Counted from the stretch's first letter, positions 17,259 to 26,706 are shown. The stretch: DNA of 64,000 nt from Candidatus Omnitrophota bacterium (GCA_003522725.1 DPIG01000078.1:18746-82745); one strand, 5' to 3'. The notes: a model not told the origin generated them from the sequence alone. Made by a program: numbers and translations.

Positions 17259-19154
17259 TTATGGCCGTGCGGCAACGAGGAAATTCGCGCTGCCCGGGGG
17301 TTTCACGTAAGAAAGCGTGCTTTTGCCTAACGCGACTCCGCCTAATTTCTGGATCGCCGCGATATGCGCCGGATAGATTTTGTCATGGACAAAATAGTTG
17401 AAAAATCCTTCCGGCGTGGAAACGACCAGGAAATGATACCCCAGCCCCGCCAGCCGGGACAACTCGCCCGCGCGGTAGTGCGCGATGTCCCAGCGGTTGA
17501 AGAAATAATACGCCGGCGTGAAATAGAATTCTTTGAATCGCCGGGTCAGTTCCTCCTTGATTTGTTCCGGCGTGAACCCGGAAAGGTCCTGGGGGCCCAG
17601 CGTGGCCATGCCCCAGAGCCCGATGACCTCGGGCAGATGACGGTCGATCGCTTGCGGAAAATGCCGCCGGTGCATGAGATCCCCGGGAACAAGCGGGTCC
17701 AGAGGCGCGTAAGCCACCTCGGGGTTGGCGATGCCCAACAGGTCCAGAAGGTCATGTTCGGCAAAATACATCACGGTCGCCATCTCGGGGCTCGCGATGA
17801 CGGCGTGCGCGGGGAGCGTCAGGCGCAGATAACGTCCGAAAAATCCCAGGTCGTCGATCCGGCCCCAACGGTTGCGGGAAATGCGCAGGTCGTTGTAAAG
17901 CGTCTGAAACGCGTTGGGCGCCGGCCAGATGTACGGTGAAACGATGAGCGCCAGAGCGATTGCCGTCCGCGCGCCCTGATGGCGCACGAACGGCGTGACG
18001 GCTTTATAAATAAACGCCCACGCGCAGATCGTAAACAGCAGTGTAAACGGCATCAGATAACGGTTCCAGGGAAACGGAAACCAGTCTCCCCCGCCGGTAA
18101 AATAAAGCGAACAAAAAACAGCCGTCACGCCCAGAGGCAGGAAGATTTTCGAAGGCAGCAGTTTTTTATAAAAACAAAACCCGATCGGAATGACGCTCAA
18201 TAAGGCAAAGATGTGCGATTGAAAATACTGCAATAAAAACTGCAGCTGGCCCAACCCTGCCCGTAAATAAGCAGGGTCCCCCGCCGTATTCTTGAAAATG
18301 ACCGGCGCGGGGACAGGGTGCCCAAAGAAAAATTTGCGCGCCAGGGTCAGAAACGCGAACGGCGTCACCAGAAAAAGCCCTGTTCCCAAAGCTTTTTTCA
18401 GGGAGGGCCGTTCGAGGTAAAGGCAAAGCCACATCAGAAAGGTGAACACGATCCCTTCGATCCGCACCAGCGGCAGGAAGGCGAGAATGACCAGCCCGGC
18501 CCCGCGTTTTTCCGGCGGCGCGAAAGTCAGGAAATAAACGCTCAAAAGGACCAGGCCCGTGAATAATGTTGCCATAAACCCCGACCCGCCGACGAAGATG
18601 ACGCAAGGGAAAACGCCCAGGGCCAGCGTAAAGGCCAGGCATGCCGGTTCATCAACGACAAGCGCCCGCAGGATGAGCCATCCGGCGGCAATGACAAGTA
18701 CGTTTCCCAAAAGGGAAAAACAGACGGCGGTCTCGACTAAAGGAAAAGAAAGTTTGCCCAAAACCCCGGTCAGAAAAAACGGCAGAAAGTCGACCGTCCC
18801 TTCGGCCATATTCGCGGCGTTATAGCTGTAATGTCCCGCGTGGGTGAGGACGTAGGAATGCCGCAGGTTGATGAAGAATTCATCCCAGCCTTCGCTGACC
18901 TTCAAGCTTAAAAGGACCGACAGAAACGCGATGAGCCCCAAGGACAGGTTTTGCCAGAACAACGGCCGCATCCGCCGGCGAAAAAATGCCAATCCGGCAA
19001 GCGCAAAGATCATGCCGGCCGCGGCCGGAAGAACGGGACGGGTCTGGATCAAGGACAGCATCCCGCCGAAGAATTCATTGACCGGAGGGGTGACGGGGAG
19101 AAAATCGTTGACGCGGAAAATTTCAAGATCAAGGATCTGCGGTGTGTCGCCCAT
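17259..19154 (-). CDS. Polytopic membrane protein, probable GT-C-fold glycosyltransferase
   Basis: More than 10 TM segments; WDEFFINLRHS loop, EGT, RIEG, GGDWF..NRY motifs typical of polyprenyl-phosphosugar-dependent transferases. Confidence 0.6.
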   Translation of the reverse strand: MGDTPQILDLEIFRVNDFLPVTPPVNEFFGGMLSLIQTRPVLPAAAGMIFALAGLAFFRRRMRPLFWQNLSLGLIAFLSVLLSLKVSEGWDEFFINLRHSYVLTHAGHYSYNAANMAEGTVDFLPFFLTGVLGKLSFPLVETAVCFSLLGNVLVIAAGWLILRALVVDEPACLAFTLALGVFPCVIFVGGSGFMATLFTGLVLLSVYFLTFAPPEKRGAGLVILAFLPLVRIEGIVFTFLMWLCLYLERPSLKKALGTGLFLVTPFAFLTLARKFFFGHPVPAPVIFKNTAGDPAYLRAGLGQLQFLLQYFQSHIFALLSVIPIGFCFYKKLLPSKIFLPLGVTAVFCSLYFTGGGDWFPFPWNRYLMPFTLLFTICAWAFIYKAVTPFVRHQGARTAIALALIVSPYIWPAPNAFQTLYNDLRISRNRWGRIDDLGFFGRYLRLTLPAHAVIASPEMATVMYFAEHDLLDLLGIANPEVAYAPLDPLVPGDLMHRRHFPQAIDRHLPEVIGLWGMATLGPQDLSGFTPEQIKEELTRRFKEFYFTPAYYFFNRWDIAHYRAGELSRLAGLGYHFLVVSTPEGFFNYFVHDKIYPAHIAAIQKLGGVALGKSTLSYVKPPGSANFLVAARP

Positions 19155-19886
19155 TTAGATCTTGATGTTCAATTTTTCGAATTCCCTGATCCTGGCGAAG
19201 GAATAAAAAGAATAATACCGGTCGTTCTCGACCAGGAAAGCCTTGAGACGGCAGCCCTTAAGGACAAGTTCATTATAGACGGGGGCGATGTAGTAGATCC
19301 CGTTGACGTGGGCTTGCTTTTCGATGGTTTTCTCGGCGGCCTCGATGAAGTCGCGCCCCCGTTTGAAGTAGTAGAGCCCGGCGATGGCATGACGGCTGAT
19401 GGGGTTTTTTTCGGCGGTCTGCAGGATCGTCCGGTCGGCGTCGAGCTTCGCGTAGGACCATTGCGGATGCACGGAATCAAAACAGACCACCCCGCCGTCG
19501 ACGTCCTGGTCGAGGAAATATTTCAAAAGGACGTTGTAGTCGATATCCAGATACTGGTCGGCGTTGGAGATGATCAAAGGCGAATCGTTGTTGATGTGAT
19601 CGATCGCGAGAAGACAGGAACAGGCCGCGCCTTTGGTCTCGGTCTGCTGGCGGATGATCACGGTGTCCCTGCCGGTCAGGAGCTTGAGGGTCTTGTCGAG
19701 ATGGAATTTGACGCATTCGTCCTCCCTGGCAACGAAAACGAAACGTTTCGTTTCCTGGATGCGGTTTAACGCGGTCAGCGGGTATTCGATCATGGTCCGG
19801 TCATTGATCTCAAAAAGCGGTTTGGGAAAGAACTGGTCTTCGAAGATCCTGGATTTTCCGGCGATGGGAATAAGGATATTGATCAC
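19155..19886 (-). CDS. Sugar-phosphate nucleotidyltransferase-like protein (GT-A fold)
   Basis: ILIPIAGKSR...PKPL, TKGAACS, SNADQ, AEKNPIS, YYIAPVYN; GTG start. Confidence 0.8.
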   Translation of the reverse strand: MINILIPIAGKSRIFEDQFFPKPLFEINDRTMIEYPLTALNRIQETKRFVFVAREDECVKFHLDKTLKLLTGRDTVIIRQQTETKGAACSCLLAIDHINNDSPLIISNADQYLDIDYNVLLKYFLDQDVDGGVVCFDSVHPQWSYAKLDADRTILQTAEKNPISRHAIAGLYYFKRGRDFIEAAEKTIEKQAHVNGIYYIAPVYNELVLKGCRLKAFLVENDRYYSFYSFARIREFEKLNIKI

Positions 19887-20521
19887 GCGCCTGCCCCCGC
19901 GTCGATCTCTGTGACGCGCTCGATAATGTTGTCGTAATACACGTCTTTGGGGTCTTTCACCTCCAGGAGATGCGCGCCGCTTTCCCGCGCGGCCTTGATG
20001 CCCTGCGGGTTATCTTCAACGATCAGGCACTCGGCGGGCGAAAGTCCGAAGCGCGAGATGGCCTTTTGGTACATCTGCGGGTGCGGCTTGTGGTGTTCCA
20101 CGTCTTCGTTGGAAAGGAAAAATTCCAGATGCGGCATGAGGTCCGCTTTGCGCAGCATCAGGTCAATGGTGTCCCGCACGGAATTGGAGCACACGGCCAG
20201 CCTGTACCCTTCTTTTTTCAGCCGCGAAAGCGCGTACTGGTGGATGAACTGCGGCTTGCATTTGAGCGTGATCTCCTCAAGCGTGTATTGCTGCTTGAGG
20301 CGGCAGATAAAATCGTGCAATTCGTGCGGCAGGCTTTTTTCGATGGACAGCATCTCGAGTTTTTTGCGGGTCGGAAAGCCGTCGTAGGTCGTCACATGTT
20401 CCAGGCGGCTCAGGCTCATGCCGAAATAGTCCAAAGCCCGGTTGAGGGCCGCGTAATGCCATTCCTTGGCGTCGATGAGGACCCCGTCCATGTCAAAAAT
20501 GACCGCCTTTATCTTCCCCAT
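19883..20521 (-). CDS. HAD-family phosphatase
   Basis: IFDMDGVLID, CSNS, KPHP, IVEDNPQG. Confidence 0.88.
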   Translation of the reverse strand: MGKIKAVIFDMDGVLIDAKEWHYAALNRALDYFGMSLSRLEHVTTYDGFPTRKKLEMLSIEKSLPHELHDFICRLKQQYTLEEITLKCKPQFIHQYALSRLKKEGYRLAVCSNSVRDTIDLMLRKADLMPHLEFFLSNEDVEHHKPHPQMYQKAISRFGLSPAECLIVEDNPQGIKAARESGAHLLEVKDPKDVYYDNIIERVTEIDAGAGA

Positions 20522-20522
20522 T

Positions 20523-21161
20523 TTACTCCTCGGTGTTGAAAAAATCGTCCGCCTTGGCCGGAAAGTCGGTGCACAAGAACAACTGCTGTTGATGGCGGCG
20601 CAACGCGGGGTTTTTTAACAATCGCCAGAGACGCTCATGTCCGCGTCCGTGCAGTTCCGGTGAAACCACACAAACATCTTTGCCCGATTTCAAATGTTCT
20701 TCGATGGTACGCGCTGTGAACCAGTCGGTTTTAAATGAGTCCAGCCAAACTCCCGCGGCGTGTTCCCACAAAACCGGCCGTGGTTCAAATTCGCTTTGCC
20801 GGGTGAAAAACGGGATTTTACGGTCGCGATAAACAACCAGTTCCGGGATATTGGCATCAAAGACAAAATAATGACGCACCCGGTAACGACGCGCCAGACT
20901 CTGGATCAGACCTTGCAGGCCGTCGGCCTTGACGTTGATGGCCAGCGTTTGGTCTTTGATGTTCCGGGCAAAAAGTTCAAAGACCTTTTCGGCGCCGGGA
21001 TTTCGCCTGGATGCCGGATCATGCGCGATGACCAGCTTTCCTCCGGAATCGCGTACGTCCGTTTCAACACCAAACCCCATTTTAGCGGCCCGGCGAATGG
21101 CCGGAAAGCTATTTCTTTCTTTTTTCGACCGCCAATTCCCGCGGTGCGCCAGGATGTGCAT
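20523..21161 (-). CDS. Glycerophosphodiester phosphodiesterase-like protein
   Basis: ILAHRG, ERNS, GVETDVR, AHD, NVK, SPELH, CTD. Confidence 0.7.
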   Translation of the reverse strand: MHILAHRGNWRSKKERNSFPAIRRAAKMGFGVETDVRDSGGKLVIAHDPASRRNPGAEKVFELFARNIKDQTLAINVKADGLQGLIQSLARRYRVRHYFVFDANIPELVVYRDRKIPFFTRQSEFEPRPVLWEHAAGVWLDSFKTDWFTARTIEEHLKSGKDVCVVSPELHGRGHERLWRLLKNPALRRHQQQLFLCTDFPAKADDFFNTEE

Positions 21162-21170
21162 ATAAAAATC

Positions 21171-21884
21171 CTACGGGTAAAGCCGTTTGAGCTGGAACAT
21201 CTGCTCCAGCGTGGTGCGATAGACGTTCACGCGTTTGCGCGACCAGCTGGACACGCCCTGACGCCGGGCGTGAAAAGCCACGGGCACCTCATGCACGGGC
21301 CAGCGGTTCTTGCGCGCCGTCAAAAGCAATTGCGCGTCGAACACGAACGTTTTCATTTTAGTACCCGGCAAGAAATTTAAAAGATCTTTGTGGAACATTT
21401 TCGGCAGGCCGTTGACGTCTTTGACGCGCACTCCCAGAAGGATATTGGCCAGGACAGTATAAATGACGCTGACGACACGCGTGTTCCATCCGTCTTCACG
21501 GACCGTGCGCCGGCCTTTGACCATGACCCTGTTTTGGCGTTGCGCACAAGCGGCGCGGTATCGCTCCCAGACTTTTAAAAGATCACCGGCGCTGACCTGC
21601 AGATCGCCGGGGATGTACGCGACGATGTCCGTCCGGCAGTGTTTGAGCCCTTCATAAACGCCGCCGCCGTAATTGAGATTTTCGGGAAGATGGATACCCC
21701 TTATCCAGGAGTTTTGTTGCGCGAGATCATCGACGACCGCCCCCGTCCGGTCCGTTGAGCCGTTGTTGACCAGGATGACCTGGGACAAACCGTTCTGGAG
21801 AAGACCGCTCGCGACCAAGTCGCGGACCAACAACGGGACATTCTTCTCTTCGTTCCACAAAGGGACAACCAGGCTGAAATCCAT
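21171..21884 (-). CDS. GT2 glycosyltransferase (polyprenyl-phosphate sugar synthase / DPM1-like)
   Basis: VVPLWNEE, NNGSTDRT, NLNYGG, PGDLQ, EVPV..RRQGVS. Confidence 0.85.
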   Translation of the reverse strand: MDFSLVVPLWNEEKNVPLLVRDLVASGLLQNGLSQVILVNNGSTDRTGAVVDDLAQQNSWIRGIHLPENLNYGGGVYEGLKHCRTDIVAYIPGDLQVSAGDLLKVWERYRAACAQRQNRVMVKGRRTVREDGWNTRVVSVIYTVLANILLGVRVKDVNGLPKMFHKDLLNFLPGTKMKTFVFDAQLLLTARKNRWPVHEVPVAFHARRQGVSSWSRKRVNVYRTTLEQMFQLKRLYP

Positions 21885-21898
21885 TTTTTTCGATCCCT

Positions 21899-22654
21899 TC
21901 AGAAAGATACGGCCTTGCGCGCGACCGGCAGGCCGAGAAAACGCTCCAGGTCCTGCGGCGTCCCCAGCCCGTACATGCCTTCGGTGTCGCTGCCGATATT
22001 GACGTAGCCGATCCTTTTGTCTTCCTGGAGCAGTTCATTAAACGCCGGCGCGACATAAAATTCGTTGTTGACCCGCAGGTTCTTGCGGATCATGCCCTCG
22101 GCGCCGCGGACAAAATCCTTTCCGCGGCGATAATTGTAAACACCCACGGTGGCTTCGTCGGACACGGCTTGTTTCTCAACCACTTCGGTGATTTCTCCGC
22201 GTTCATCAAGCCGGACGAACGACCACTTGGGGTCGGTGGCGGTCATCGTGAGGATCGCCCCGTCCCAGGACGACGCGTCAAACGTCTGTAAATAATCTTC
22301 AATGGAAAAATCGACCCACTGGTCGGAATTGGCGAGCATCAGCGGCTGGTCGGTGCCGATGAGATCTTTGGCCAGAAGGACCGTGCATGCAGCGCCTTGC
22401 GTGATCGACTCCACGGTCACGATGCGGCAGCCGGGGGCCAGTTTTTTCAATTTTTGGTCGATGCGATAATTTTCGAGATGCTCTTTAAGGCATAAAAAAA
22501 TGAACCTGTGCGGGCGTTTGGGACGGAGATTATGGACCACCAGTTCGATCATGGCCTTGCCGTGGACCTCGATGAGGGGTTTGGGCAGGGTATAACCCGC
22601 TTCCTGAAAGCGGCTGCCGCGCCCGGCCATGGGGATAACGATATTAAGGGTCAT
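21899..22654 (-). CDS. Sugar-phosphate nucleotidyltransferase-like protein (GT-A fold), paralog of 19155-19886
   Basis: IVIPMAGRGSRF...PKPLI, TQGAACT, ANSDQ, EFYVAP, GLGTP. Start trimmed to ATG 22654. Confidence 0.82.
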   Translation of the reverse strand: MTLNIVIPMAGRGSRFQEAGYTLPKPLIEVHGKAMIELVVHNLRPKRPHRFIFLCLKEHLENYRIDQKLKKLAPGCRIVTVESITQGAACTVLLAKDLIGTDQPLMLANSDQWVDFSIEDYLQTFDASSWDGAILTMTATDPKWSFVRLDERGEITEVVEKQAVSDEATVGVYNYRRGKDFVRGAEGMIRKNLRVNNEFYVAPAFNELLQEDKRIGYVNIGSDTEGMYGLGTPQDLERFLGLPVARKAVSF

Positions 22655-22661
22655 GTGCGCC

Positions 22662-22690
22662 ATCATAACCCAAACCCCGCGCCATTTCAA
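22662..22690 (-). promoter_or_regulatory. Putative sigma70 promoter of the glycosylation module
   Basis: TTGAAA (22690-22685), 17-nt spacer, TATGAT (22667-22662), then 7 nt before ATG 22654. Confidence 0.5.
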
Positions 22691-22727
22691 TCAAACCGGC
22701 AACAATTTATGGCTGGTTCAAAATATC

Positions 22728-22751
22728 AATTCGGTCAACGTTGACCGAATT
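22728..22751. repeat. 24-bp perfect palindrome
   Basis: AATTCGGTCAACGTTGACCGAATT. Confidence 0.85.
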
Positions 22752-22790
22752 CAGACAGACCCGGACATGAGCTTGGGGCGATCCCGGAAG

Positions 22791-22815
22791 GTCCCGGGAA
22801 TAAGTACTGTGTCCC
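22791..22815. repeat. Copy of the GGGACAC-N2-TACTTA / TTATTCC element
   Basis: Minus strand GGGACACAGTACTTATTCCCGGGAC, beginning 3 nt after the GH5 stop. Confidence 0.7.
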
Positions 22816-22818
22816 ACT

Positions 22819-25800
22819 TTATTGCAGGATCCTGGTATAGTTCGCTTCATGGTCTTTGACCCATATGCCGTTGACCTTGGACCAGATGGACGCGTAAAGC
22901 GGTGTGCCATCCAGCGGGACGGTCACGGTGACGGAAGTATTTGATCCCGCATTGATATTGCCGACGTTTTTCGTGTTGGGAGCGGTCCCCAGCCACAGAT
23001 AATACTGCGCTGCCGCCGGATTCGTCGTCCAGATGAACGTTACGTTCGCCGTATCGATCTGGCTCCCCGGCGCAGGTGAAATGATCCGGGCCCGTTGGTC
23101 GGCGCGGGTATAGCTCACTTCATGATCTTTGACCCATATGCCGTTGACCCTGGACCAGATGGACGCGTAAAGCGGTGTGCCATCCAAGGGGACGTTTACA
23201 ATTACCGAAGTATTCATTCCGGCATTGATGTTACCGACGTTGTTGATGCTTGGAGCAGTACCCAACCACAAATAATACTGTGTTGCCGCGGGATTTGCCG
23301 TCCAGGCAAACATCACGCTAGTGGTCGTGATCTGACTGCCGGGTACGGGCGAAGTGATCAGGGCTTTTTTGTTACTGCGCGTATAACTTGCTTCATGGTC
23401 TTTGACCCATATGCCGTTGACCCTGGACCAGATGGACGCGTAAAGCGGTGTGCCATCCAGCGGGACGGTCACGGTGACGGAAGTATTTGATCCCGCATTG
23501 ATATTGCCGACGTTTTTCGTGTTGGGAGCGGTCCCCAGCCACAGATAATACTGCGCTGCCGCCGGATTCGTCGTCCAGATGAATGTTACGTTCGCCGTAT
23601 CGATCTGGCTCCCCGGCGCGGGCGACATGATCCGGGCCCGTTGGTCGGCGCGGGTATAGCTCACTTCATGGTCTTTGGCCCATTTCCCTTTGACTTTGGA
23701 CCAGATGGACGCGTAAAGCGGTGTGCCATCCAGCGGGACGGTCACGGTGACGGAAGTATTTGATCCCGCGTTGATATTGCCGACGTTTTTTGTGTTGGGA
23801 GCGGTCCCCAGCCACAGGTAATATTGCGTCGCGTCGGGATTCATTGTCCAGCGGAAGGTCACGTTCGCCGTATCGATCTGACTGCCCGGCGTGGGCGACA
23901 TGATCCGGGCCGGCCCTTTAACCGAAAGATATCCCTCGAGGATCCCCGTTAAGGAAATATTAGGTGAATGATGGGCCGCGGTATCGTATTTGCCGAATTT
24001 TTGTTCCAGCTGGACTTGGGAATCCGTGCTGACGTCGGGCGGCGCGTCATTGTAGACGTCATGCATAAACAAACCCCACTCGGTGGGGTATTGCGTCTGG
24101 TGCGCCTTGTACGTCCACATCGCCCAGTGCCAGTTTTTATTGCGGAATGTCGCCAAAAAATAGTCCCAGTTGGCCCGCTGATTGAAGCCGTTGAATTCGC
24201 CGATGAAGACCGGCACGTTGAAGATTTCCTGCGCGGAATTGTTCACCTTGCCGTCGAGGTACGCGCGGTGTCCGGGGACGTCTTTAATGCCGATGATATT
24301 TCCAAAACTGTCGAATTCGAACCCGTAATAATGGAATTCGTAGACGACATTTTGCCAGCCGTAAACGTTGGGGTGCGGAAGGGTGTCCCAGTCGAATTCG
24401 CTGGGGACGCTTTCCATGACAATGATGTGCCTGGGGTCAACCGCGCGGATCGCCTGATAGAGCGCGTTATAAAATGGCCAAAGGCCGGCGGGCCCGGTGA
24501 AGGTCGGGTCGTGGTCCAAGGCGCCAAAAGGTTCATTCAAAAGATCATAACCCATGACATTGGTCAAAAAAGCGTAACGTGACGCGACCGCCGTCCAGAA
24601 TTCGATGGTCTTGGCGCGGTGCGCGGCGCCGTCAGGGCCGTTCTCGAAAAGTTTGTTGTAGTTCGCGCGGCCGGAATGCGCCTCGTCGCTTTGCGCCCCC
24701 GGCGCGCCGTGAAGGTCCAACAGGACGTAGATCCCGCGGTTGGCGCATTGCTCGATGATCCAATCCAGTTTGGTGAAGTTTGTGAACGCGCCGGTTGAAT
24801 CTTGCAGGGCTTCATAATAAATCGGCAGGCGGACCAGATTGACGCCCATACGCATCAAGTGGTCCAGATCGATCGTTTGGATATACGCGTCCTGATACGC
24901 GTTAAGAAGATTTGCCGACCCGAACCTGCGGACCAATTCCGCGCGGATGCTGAAGTCGTCATCATCGTTTGGGTTCGCGGCGGTGTACCCGCCTCCGATC
25001 CCGGTAAATTCCGGCTCGATCAATAACAGGTTCCCCAGATTGACGCCCCCCAGGAGGATCGGATCACCAAGGCCATCCATTTCCAGGATAGCCATGCCGT
25101 CCGTCTTGAGATACCCGCCTTCGAGGGAAGTGACCGGCAATGCCGGGCTCCAACCGGTCGAATCGAAGATGTCCGTTAATCCGGTCCTTAAATGCGCGCG
25201 GATGCGGTACCATGAGCCTTCTTCATAATAACTCGCGGCTGGCAGCAAAGCGTGCGGGCCGCGGTATATTTCCGTCCAGGGCCCGTTACGGGACGGGCCT
25301 TTCTGGATCTCATACTGGTCGGCGAACTCGAGCGGTTCCCACTGCAATCCGGCAAAGGCGAACCTTGGATGGCGAAGCAAGACCGGAGGACGGAGCGAAT
25401 AAACAACCTCGCTCCATCGCGAAATATAGGGGATCGGGTCAGTGGAGGTGACGTCCTCTTTCCAGCGGACCCGCAGCCACCGTGGGGACAAAGGTTTGAT
25501 AAAAGAAGAAAGGCCCGTCCCCTCGTAAATGGTCGTCCATGGTCCCTGCGGTCCCGCGACGCTTTCCTGCAATTCGTACGCGCCCGCGCCGGCAATCGCG
25601 TCCCACGCCGCGGCCACTCCCTGGGCCGATTCTGAAACAACGACGGTCGGCGGTGTTTTAATGGCCCTGATATCATCGATGTAGTAAACTCCGGGCCAGA
25701 AAAACTGGAACTGGATCTTGTTGATGCCGCTGAGGTCCAGGCCGGCGGGTAATCCGCTAAAGGGAACGGCCAGTTGTGTCCATTGCCCGCGCACCGCCCG

Positions 25801-26688
25801 TTTGGTCGTCCAGACAACGACCGGGTCCACAAAATGGTCGCCGTTATCGAAAAATTGCACGCCGACATTGCTGTCCAGCCCGTTTGCCGCGAGCGCGTAA
25901 ACCCAGAAGGTCAGCCGGTCGTTTTGCGCGGGGTTAAGATCCACGTTCCAGGGCGTCTGCTGGTCGGGCGGGACGAATTTATTTTCCTGCGACTGGATGC
26001 CGGTGCCTGCCCAGTTGGCGGTGGTGGTCAATTTCCAGGATTGTGTCCCTTCATAGACAACGTTTCGTTCCAGAGCGACCGTCCCGTCCCACGCCCAGCC
26101 GCAATCGCCGGGCGAAACGCAGCGTTCGAAGGCCTGATAAATCCGGTCATCCAGAACAACGTTGAGATCGTCCAGATAATACGTCCCTGGCCAATAGTTG
26201 ATGAATTCGATCTTGTTGATATGCGTGAGGTCGAAGTTCGCCGGCAGCTGACTGAACAAAACGGTCAACCGGGTCCACTGCGCGAAACGCGCGGTTTGTG
26301 CGGTCCAGACCTCAAAGCCGTTATTGAAATAATTAGTTGTGTCGAAGAATTTCACGCCGACGTTATTGTTGTTGCCTTGCGACGGCAGGGCGTAAACCCA
26401 GAACGTGAGGCGGTCGTTGCGTTGCGGCTGGAAATCCATGTCCCAGCGCTGGGTCTGCGACTGGATCCTTGTTCCTCCCCAAAAATCGGGCGCCTGGACC
26501 TTCCAGGAGCGTGCGCCGGAATGGACCTGCGCGCTGGAAGGGGTGACAACGGCGGCGTTAAATCCCCAGCCATATTCATCGGACCCGTTGGCGGGTTCGA
26601 AATCCTGGTAAATGGCGCCGGCCATGGCCGCGGTCGCGGTCAATAAAAGGACAACGCTCGCCGACAAGATATTCAATGACCGTTTCAT
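22819..26688 (-). CDS. Secreted multidomain GH5 glycoside hydrolase (2 CBM-like domains, FN3-like linkers, GH5 core, 4 C-terminal repeats)
   Basis: Signal peptide; GVNLGN, LVRLP, LLDLHGAPG, YDLLNEP (acid/base), EFHYY, FIGEF (nucleophile), WAMWTYK. Confidence 0.85.
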   Translation of the reverse strand: MKRSLNILSASVVLLLTATAAMAGAIYQDFEPANGSDEYGWGFNAAVVTPSSAQVHSGARSWKVQAPDFWGGTRIQSQTQRWDMDFQPQRNDRLTFWVYALPSQGNNNNVGVKFFDTTNYFNNGFEVWTAQTARFAQWTRLTVLFSQLPANFDLTHINKIEFINYWPGTYYLDDLNVVLDDRIYQAFERCVSPGDCGWAWDGTVALERNVVYEGTQSWKLTTTANWAGTGIQSQENKFVPPDQQTPWNVDLNPAQNDRLTFWVYALAANGLDSNVGVQFFDNGDHFVDPVVVWTTKRAVRGQWTQLAVPFSGLPAGLDLSGINKIQFQFFWPGVYYIDDIRAIKTPPTVVVSESAQGVAAAWDAIAGAGAYELQESVAGPQGPWTTIYEGTGLSSFIKPLSPRWLRVRWKEDVTSTDPIPYISRWSEVVYSLRPPVLLRHPRFAFAGLQWEPLEFADQYEIQKGPSRNGPWTEIYRGPHALLPAASYYEEGSWYRIRAHLRTGLTDIFDSTGWSPALPVTSLEGGYLKTDGMAILEMDGLGDPILLGGVNLGNLLLIEPEFTGIGGGYTAANPNDDDDFSIRAELVRRFGSANLLNAYQDAYIQTIDLDHLMRMGVNLVRLPIYYEALQDSTGAFTNFTKLDWIIEQCANRGIYVLLDLHGAPGAQSDEAHSGRANYNKLFENGPDGAAHRAKTIEFWTAVASRYAFLTNVMGYDLLNEPFGALDHDPTFTGPAGLWPFYNALYQAIRAVDPRHIIVMESVPSEFDWDTLPHPNVYGWQNVVYEFHYYGFEFDSFGNIIGIKDVPGHRAYLDGKVNNSAQEIFNVPVFIGEFNGFNQRANWDYFLATFRNKNWHWAMWTYKAHQTQYPTEWGLFMHDVYNDAPPDVSTDSQVQLEQKFGKYDTAAHHSPNISLTGILEGYLSVKGPARIMSPTPGSQIDTANVTFRWTMNPDATQYYLWLGTAPNTKNVGNINAGSNTSVTVTVPLDGTPLYASIWSKVKGKWAKDHEVSYTRADQRARIMSPAPGSQIDTANVTFIWTTNPAAAQYYLWLGTAPNTKNVGNINAGSNTSVTVTVPLDGTPLYASIWSRVNGIWVKDHEASYTRSNKKALITSPVPGSQITTTSVMFAWTANPAATQYYLWLGTAPSINNVGNINAGMNTSVIVNVPLDGTPLYASIWSRVNGIWVKDHEVSYTRADQRARIISPAPGSQIDTANVTFIWTTNPAAAQYYLWLGTAPNTKNVGNINAGSNTSVTVTVPLDGTPLYASIWSKVNGIWVKDHEANYTRILQ
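22828..23919 (-). repeat. Four tandem 273-bp (91-aa) intragenic repeats
   Basis: Equivalent positions at 22861, 23134, 23407 and 23680 (period 273). Confidence 0.9.
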
Positions 26689-26706
26689 GGTTTTCCCTGG
26701 ATCAAA

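Noticed and set aside
22828-23919. Diversity-generating retroelement TR/VR pair
   Set aside because: The repeats are in-frame tandem domains, differences are not confined to adenines, and there is no reverse transcriptase.
12590-26700. Prophage or IS-bounded transposon
   Set aside because: No phage structural genes, integrase, transposase, tRNA attachment site or long terminal direct repeats were seen.
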